A stretch of DNA of 61,011 bases, filler included, from Basidioascus undulatus (lineage: Eukaryota): NCBI GenBank assembly GCA_000826855.1. It is 5 parts of 5 records of this genome, joined end to end, with 100 filler letters (N's around TTAATTAATTAA, not from the genome) between each part and the next. Parts side by side here need not be neighbours in the genome. Positions count along the whole stretch, not along the records: positions 53,026 to 61,011 come from JTLS01001455.1; 4 more parts are not named here. One strand, written 5' to 3'. Both the position numbers and the translations under genes were made by a program. Within the stretch, counting starts at the first letter, position 1. Each line of letters starts with the position of its first letter. Under the pieces are notes generated by a model, which ran no database searches, was not told the DNA's origin, and saw only the letters and a program-made list of their open reading frames with translations. This document shows positions 53,566 to 61,011 of this stretch, piece by piece.

Positions 53566-55126
53566 ATGTCCGGCCAAACGATGAAGCGAGTCTCCGCTTG
53601 AGCTCGGGCGCGGACTGACAGAGCGAGCTTTCGCTGACGGGTGGGCGGGGTCTCCTGTGCGTGCATCGGGCGGGTTAGGTGCGTCGTCGTCGGCGATGGT
53701 GCGGTTGGTACGTCTTGGTCCTGTGCTTGGTGGTGGTTGGAAATGAGAGGAGAGAGAGATGGAAGCTGAGGAATAGAGGAGGGTGAACAGGAAAGACGTG
53801 TCTCTTAATTTCCTACACCACCAAGTGAGCTTGCGCGCCGGAGGGAAGGCAGGGGTGGATGGAGGCTGATGTGGTGCTCTGGGGGTCGTGCGTGGCGTGG
53901 TGAAGCGCTTTCCCGGTGAGTCTTTGGAGCAGCGGTTGTTGCTGAAGTTCGGAGCTGGGAGGCACGGAGGGTCAATGGGATTGGAAGAAGGTTGGCATGG
54001 GTTCGGATCATTGCAATCCCTCTTCGGGAGCTCCAGGATTCCACATACCTTGACAGTCCTAAATACATACTGACGTTGTCCGCTTTCATGCCCAGGGCGA
54101 ATACATCCCGACCGGTCCGCCTCACACTCCCCCTCACGACCTCGCCTCGGCTCACCTCGAACACCTCCTCCCCTTCCCCCCCGCAAACAGTTTTCGATAA
54201 CTACAGCGCAAACGTCTCGGTGGACGGCAAGCCCGTCGTCCTCGGCCTGTGGGACACTGCCGGCCAGGAGGACTACGACCGCCTCCGGCCGTTGTCGTAC
54301 CCGCAAGTGCGTGGCCTGCCCATCCTCTCCAAAGGGAGATAGACGGCTGATTGGGACACGGCTTGGGTGGGATGACGCAGACGGACGTGTTCATCATCGC
54401 CTTCTCGCTCGTCGCTCCCCCCAGTTATGAGAACGTCAAGAGCAAGGTGCGGCTCGTCTCTTATGCGAAGAAGAGGGGGGTAGGATGCTGATCTGCAGAG
54501 GGAATTCTTGCCAGTGGGTACCCGAACTCAAGCACCACGCCCCGTCGGTGCCTACTATCCTCGTCGGGTACGCGATCTCGCGTCTGGGCCGAGCAGGGTG
54601 CGCATGGCTAAGATGAGGGTTCGGGTCGGCGGCAGCACGAAGCTCGACCTCCGCGACGACCCCGAGACGCGGGACAAGCTCCGCAGGCAGGGACAGGCGC
54701 CCATCACGTGGGACCAGGGCAATGCACTCGCGAAGGAGATCGGGGCGGTGCGTCCTCGGCATCTGGGAGGTTTAGCTGCACTCGGCGAAGGCTGACGGGG
54801 ATGGGGAGGTGCCCGAACAGGTCAAGTTCCTCGAGTGCTCGGCGTTGACGCAGAAGGGGCTCAGTGCGTCTTGGATTTATGCTGGTGGGGAAGAGAGAAG
54901 GGAGGGACGCGGTAGCTGATCAGCTTGTGGGGTGGAGTAACAGAGACGGTGTTCGACGAGGCGATCCGGGCTGTCCGTACGTCTTTCGTCTCTCTTGATT
55001 TGCTTCGGACGGGATTGCGTTCTTTGGCGTTCAGCGAAATTACTGATCCGAACTCCTCTGCTCGACCGCACAGTCTCCCCGCCCACCCGGCCGTCCAAGA
55101 AATCGAAGGGCTGCATCATCGCATGA
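53566..55126 (+). CDS. RAC1: Rac-type Rho GTPase, ~12 exons
   Basis: [80 protein letters not shown], polybasic SKKSKG plus CAAX CIIA*. Confidence 0.95.
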
Positions 55127-55492
55127 AGCCCCGCGCGCACTGGCCCTTTTCCCATCTTCCATCCTGCAATCTGCTCTCTCCCGTCGCCTGCATAGTGTAT
55201 ACCACCCCGCCTCGCCCTCCGGCCGTCCGTCCCGATCTCCAACCCGTCCTCGCATGCAACATCCCTTCCCGACACCCGCCAGTGGTCTGGTCTTCTTGGG
55301 ACTCCATCGCCATCTCCATCCATCACATCGCAAAGCACTCCACGCCGTCTCGGTCTCGTTCTCGCTCTCGCTCCATACTACATAGCTAGGCCCTCCGCCA
55401 ATCCTTTTAGTCCCCTCAAGCTCGCGCTTTTATTCCCTCTTCTTTTTTGGCTCGCGCACACAGCACGCACTTCTCCCCCTTCGCCCGGCCTT

Positions 55493-55512
55493 ACACACAC
55501 ACACACACACAC
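55493..55512. repeat. (AC)10 microsatellite downstream of RAC1
   Basis: Direct inspection. Confidence 0.9.
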
Positions 55513-56730
55513 ATACGCGGCGTTTTGAAGACCCCGCACTCCCCTTCCCTGCTCTCCGCTCTCCTTTTGTTCCCGATCTACGATACTCTTTGCCGTTCGA
55601 GTTGATACAAGCCTGCGCCCTCATTGCAATATACAAGACTTACTTTACTCTGCTTTGGGTGGCGGTTGTTGTACGTCAATGTTGACTCCACTCCTCCACC
55701 TTCGCGTAACCACCTGTTACACCGAGTGCACCGGTACACCAGGTTTTGGGACGCTTCGCCGGGCTTCAGAAATCCGTGAAATCCGATCGGTAGGTACTGC
55801 TGTTTTGCAATCTGGAACTACGATCGGCCAAGTTGAGCCTACCCGGTGTTGCAGACGCCCGGATGCCTGCGAGCTTAGGGCCGTGAAATAAGGCTTGGAA
55901 ACGCTGCACACGCCTTAGCTTGGGCTGCCTCGACATTCGTCAGCAAATTCGTCTGAGCAACCAATGACTCCGTGGCCATTTAAAGACTTGGTACTGAAAA
56001 GGTCAGTAACCGAAAGAGGCCTGCAGAGGCATGCAAAGTTGAACGAGATGCAGCCTCGCAGCCGGTCTGTCGGCCTGAAACGCCTAAGACAGGAACGGGA
56101 GCGTCGAAGGGCCGCCGCAACCGCACGGTTCCTTCCTCCTTCAATATCTGCAGCTTTCAACCCCTGACGTATTCGCGGGTGTATAATACGACGCGGTATT
56201 TTGTCTCATTTACAGTATTCACGTACATCTGACAGCCTCAAGTGGGGTGCAAGAGATGGACCTTGACCAGCTCGTCCTCCTCGATTTGTGCCTCGTTCCT
56301 CGCCCTTCTCGCGTCCTCCTCGGGACCACCTGCGGCTCCACGCTCACTTGGATTATTACACTCCTTATTACTACTCACACTCGTTTTCGTCTTCACTCGA
56401 TTCGCTTATCGCTCCGCTGTGCCGGCGCTGCGCTTGCTCTCGCTTCAATTGAGGGGCTGTTCGTTGCTGAACGCGCTTGGATAGGAGCGGCTTGCTTGGA
56501 GGTGCGTCTCACTACTTCATTTCTTCGAATGGCAGAAATTAGAAGAACTGCGAGGATGGGGTTCGTGAGGGTAGGGGTCGGGAACGAGGGCGGGGAATCG
56601 TTGCCCGAGGATGCCTGCGCTGCCCTGCAGCGTGATGTCCTGGGAGGGCTATTGATACACAAAGTCACTGGGAACGCTCTTCTGACTCCTTCACTACCTT
56701 CAGGCGACGCTGTCTCTTCCCTCACCCGCA

Positions 56731-59700
56731 ATGCCTCGATACCCCGCCGACCTCCTCCCCGTCGACAGCCCGACCTCCGCCGTCACCGACTTCACGTCTG
56801 CGTCGCGCACGCCGCGGAGTTCGCTTCACCCCTCCGAGGTAGAGGACACCTCCGAGGAGACAGCCGAGATTGCGCATGCCGTTCGCCGACCCTCGCTCGA
56901 CCTCCTCTCGCACATCCAGCCGTCAGCGATCAGCGAAGCCCTCAGCGAGCGCGCACGCGATGACACGCCCCCTCTGACGCCGGCGACCTCGCCCTCGCCA
57001 TCACAGACGCCCAACACCGATGGGCTCTGGAGGCTCGCGCAGGGCAAGCAAGGGTCCTTCTCGAAGGTGACGGGCTTCACTAGGCCTGTGCCGGCTGCGA
57101 TTGTCGTCGATCGCAGCCCGCCGGTAGGGCTCGGCGTGTGGGCAGCGCAGGAGCTGCAGGCGAGTTCGTCCAGGCTCATCCCACCGAATCGCGGGCTCGC
57201 GCTGCCCCCGCCGTCGCCGGCGCTGAGCTCGTCGGGCAGGGGCGAGGGGGAGGCGGATGGGTCGAAGCGCTCGGGTTCCAAGCCTCGACCCCGATCGTGG
57301 TTCTCCGACTCCCCCATACCTCCTCCTCCGCCGTCGCCCACCGTTCCCATTCCCGCACCTCCGGCGGTTGCGAGCCCGGTGCTCGGCCAGTTCCCCCTCA
57401 ACTCACCTAACCTCGCCGCACACTTCCCCCACTCCTCATCGCGATCGCCTACTCTCGCGTCGTACTTTCCCCTCTCTCTATTGTCTCCCGCCTTCCCTCG
57501 CTCTCCCATATCGCCTCCGGCTCCCTCTTCCACGTTACAGACGCCCCTCCCCTACCCGGTGATGCGCGGCCAGTCGGGTACGACGCTGGGTTCCTCTCCA
57601 GACCTGGATCGCCTGCCGGCCGACTCGCCTTTTCTCTCTGATGAGGAACGCGCGCGTATCGCCGCACGCGACAAGGCGCTCGACCGGCTGCAGGGGGAGG
57701 GTCCTGCCGTACCCCCTCCTGTGGCATCCCCCTCGCGCGCACTGGGGCGAGGCGAGCGCGAGATCGACTCTGCGCTGAAGATTATGCTCGCCGAAAACCC
57801 GCCCGCGTTCTTGAATGAGGACCCGGAGGTGTTTTACGGGCGCGATCGCGATCGGCGAGGCAGCAGAGGCACGTCGACGCGAGCGACGTCGACCCGGGCA
57901 TCCTCCCTCCTCTCCCGCATCTCGAACCGTCTCTCGTCCTCATCCCGCAAGACGCGTTCGTCTCAGCACTCGTCGCGCATCTCGCATGCCTCCTCCCCGT
58001 ACCACTTCTGGGGCCAAGGCGGCGGCCGCGACAAGGACCTCCCCGCCTTACCCTCGCGCGCGTCCGCCGTCATCCGCGCAAAGCGCGAAGAGATCGCGAG
58101 GCGTGAGCGGGAGCTGCCCCTCGCGACGCTCATCCGCCGCGCGCAGTTCGTGTCGACCAAGCTCGAGACGGGCGAGCCCGCGCGGGACTCTTGGGATGGC
58201 AGGAGCCTGCGCAGCGTGTGGACGTCGCGGACGGGTCAGAGTCGGAAGGCTGCAAGCAGCAGACGGAGTGGCAGGAGTGGACGCGGCGGACCGTACGCCG
58301 GCTTGGCGGGCAAGAATGGTCGGACGCTGGATGATCTGTTCGGGGAGGACGACGAGGACGAGGGGAGCGCGGGCGCGCCTTCGCCGGGGATGAGGAGCGT
58401 GAGTGCCCAGAAAGCGCACAGGAGCACATGGAGGAAGCATGCGACGCCGGGGAGGATCATCTGCGTTACGCTCGCGCTCATCATGCTCATCTTGATCTTC
58501 GGGCTGAGCATCGGGCTCACGCAGCGAGATAAGAAACGGTCGTCCTGTCCTGCGCGTTCTGCGGGGACGGGATGCTCGTTGAGTGAGTGTTTCCTCGTTC
58601 ACGTGCGTCCCGATAGGCTGATTGGTGCTATTCATAGACTCGACCTGCGTCTGCACATCCTCATCCGCATGCAATCCCCTCGCCCAAAGCCTGATCGACC
58701 TCGTGCCCACCGTCAACTTCAACTTTAACACGACGCTCACGACCTCCTCCCTCGCCCTCACCCTGTCATCCCTCAAGCTGTCCTTCTCATCCTCCTCATC
58801 CTCCGATTGCTCCTCCCAAACCAACCTCATCGACGTCGCTTCCCTCTCCGCCTCATCTTCTTCTCCATCATCCACCTCCCGCATGCGCCGACGATCATCC
58901 TCCTCCCAACCCGAGCGCCTTGAATGGTCCCGCTCCGCGCTCCTCTACCACGTCGCTTACTCGCAAGACCTCGGCGCCGCAGGCGAGCTGCGCTCGTTCG
59001 TTGGCGCGCTGAACTTCGCGAGCCTCTCCGACGGGCCGGCAAGCGTCGGAAACCAGACGGCTTTCACGAGGCTCGCTTCCGGCTTCGAGTACGACTTTGC
59101 AGCCCTCAGCATGACGGCGCCGAGCGTGAGCTGGAAGGACGACGCGCAGCCGGAGAGCGAGCAGCGCGCTCGCGTGGAGGAAGACGCCGAGAAGGCGCTG
59201 GATCGGTTGACGTCCAGTGCGAAAGGTTCGTCTTTGCCTATCACGATCGAGAGCGGTCATTGACTTTGTCGGCGTCTCTTGCAGCTCTGAGTACCGAGCG
59301 TTCACAGGCTCTCGACAAGTATTGGACACAAACGCTCGATCTGACTGCGTCCGACCTCCCGACCTTCCGCGATCGCGTGCTCGCCTCTTCCGCACTCATC
59401 CCCTTCGAAGCAACCTCCGACATCGGCTCGCGCACGCTCATCTCTTACGCAAATGCGTCTTCCTTTCCTCCTCCGCTCGCCTGCCGCCCAGACCTCGACA
59501 CGTCGCTCTCGAGCCTCGTCCAGTCCGTTGAGCAAGGTGTCTTCGGGCTGCCTGCTCCCCCGGCGGACATGTCGGATGCGTGTCTCCCTTCCCGACCGCA
59601 CTACGGCGTCTTGAACGTGCTCGACTTGCGCACGCCCTTCATTGACACCTGGTCAGGTGCACCACGCCAAGCCCTCGCCCTCGTCAACGCTACCTCCTCT

Positions 59701-60305
59701 CGCATCCTGATCCGCACCGGTCAAGTCCTGGCCGGAGAACCGGGCATTTCCTCCTCGTCCTGGAACCTCTCCTCCCCCGTCCCCTCTTCGACCGACCTGC
59801 GCGCGATTGGCACGTCGCAGCACCTCAACCACGTCCTGTACGACTACCTGCATGCCTTCCCGAGCAGCAACGCCGCGCGCGCGCTCATTGCATTTGTCCT
59901 CTCCGACGAGAGCACCGCCCCGCCTGGGAACACGTCTGCGCTGTACACACTCACGGACGGGCTGAAGAATGTTCCGCTGCTCGAGGTCACGCTCATGGGC
60001 GAGCTCGCGCACGCGGACGTGACGGGTGCTGTGAGCGCGAAGGAAGCGGAGGACGGAAAGGCGTTTGTCGGTTCCGATCATTGCGATGGTACGCCTGTTT
60101 CTTGCTCATCGCTCCCCCGTCCTTCCCAAAATACCTGTGCTTAACTGCTCAAGTTTCGACCACAGCACTGCAAGTCTGGCTTGGCAATGAGCTCAACATC
60201 ACCTGGGCTGACGGCGCACTCGATGCAAATGCCTCACCTGCTTCCTCTTCCCTTCTCTTTTCTTCCTCGTTGACGTCCCGCACACGTCGACATCGCCGGC
60301 ACTAA
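56731..60305 (+). CDS. Large type II single-pass membrane protein: ~570-aa disordered cytoplasmic region, TM helix, Cys-containing extracellular domain
   Basis: Ser/Pro/Arg-rich ORF, TM IICVTLALIMLILIFGLSIGL, then CPARSAGTGCSL|..STCVCTSSSACNPLAQ and several N-x-S/T sequons. Introns near 58583, 59225 and 60089; probable 5'UTR intron 56501-56703. Confidence 0.8.
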
Positions 60306-61011
60306 CAGACTTTCTCACATTGAACACCTCTGCACTTTTTTTCTTTTGCTGATCCGGTCATGAAAGGTTGTGTTTGGCCCCTTTTCTCGCAACAAACCTT
60401 TTAGCTCCTTTGCCTTGCTCTGCATTTCCCTGCCCTGCAGCTTCTATGCACTTGCATGTAGTACCCTGTTATCGTACATACCTTGCGCTCTCGCACACCG
60501 CACACACTTTGTAAAGTCTCATTTGGCCTTGCTGCACATTGTCCATCTGGATTCATAAGTCTTGTGGATTCAATGGCTGCCTCGAAGATGACCCACTTCC
60601 ACTGCTTAATTGAATAACAGTAATTCTCAACCTTTACCTGTCCTGATCGAATGACTAGCTGTTCATGGCCAATTTCCAGTGACAGTTTCTTATCCATTAT
60701 ATTTGCGTTTCCACAAGAAAGCACATGGGTGTACTCTATCAAGATCAGCAGACTTTGGAGATGGGTTGCTGTCAGGACTGGACTGGGTATGGCAGACCGC
60801 AGCGGGGACTACCAGCAGGGTTGGTGACAAGATGCAGGAGATGAAGAAAAGGCAAGGAGTAGAGGACAAGGCTAAAGGGAGGGTAGGAGAGAACAAGACC
60901 GGATGAGGGACAGGGGAAGAAGGGAGGGGGGTTCTTATACTGTGGAGAGACAAAGGGAGGCCAGGAGGACAATAGCTTGATGGAAGGGACAAAGGAAGGC
61001 GAGGAGGTGGA

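Overview
Intron-rich fungal nuclear DNA. The short (~50-80 nt) GTRNGY...CTRAC/CTGAC...YAG introns and the gene set suggest a basidiomycete, probably Pucciniomycotina (inference). The window is five contigs joined by four artificial 100-bp spacers (N44-TTAATTAATTAA-N44), so gene order across the joins is unproven. I could splice these genes by eye into open frames: peroxisomal catalase (-SRL), a stand-alone Nup96, a probably mitochondrial Ohr/OsmC protein, a Ser/Thr kinase, Sec23 (partial), a Def1-like CUE protein (partial), an LRR protein, ARPC2 (3' end), a TigA/ERp38-type PDI, MCC-alpha (partial), Rac1 and a large type II membrane protein. There are two tRNA genes (Phe-GAA; Ile-AAT with a 9-nt intron). 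Between these genes lie many decayed ones: GH76, a secreted NAxRL-GLPP protein, an AstE/AspA M14 hydrolase, a membrane protein, a MYND protein and two diverged orphan pairs. Best leads: (1) the PDI's ER-retrieval signal (-REEL) lies behind an in-frame TAG that could also act as a splice acceptor; (2) Nup96 is split from Nup98 but keeps the post-cleavage YGL docking peptide; (3) secreted-protein genes are preferentially decayed; (4) the Ohr appears to lack the catalytic Arg; (5) five GC-AG introns and several 10-14 nt microexons. I found no clear multi-gene novel system. Family calls rest on motifs I recognise, not on database searches.
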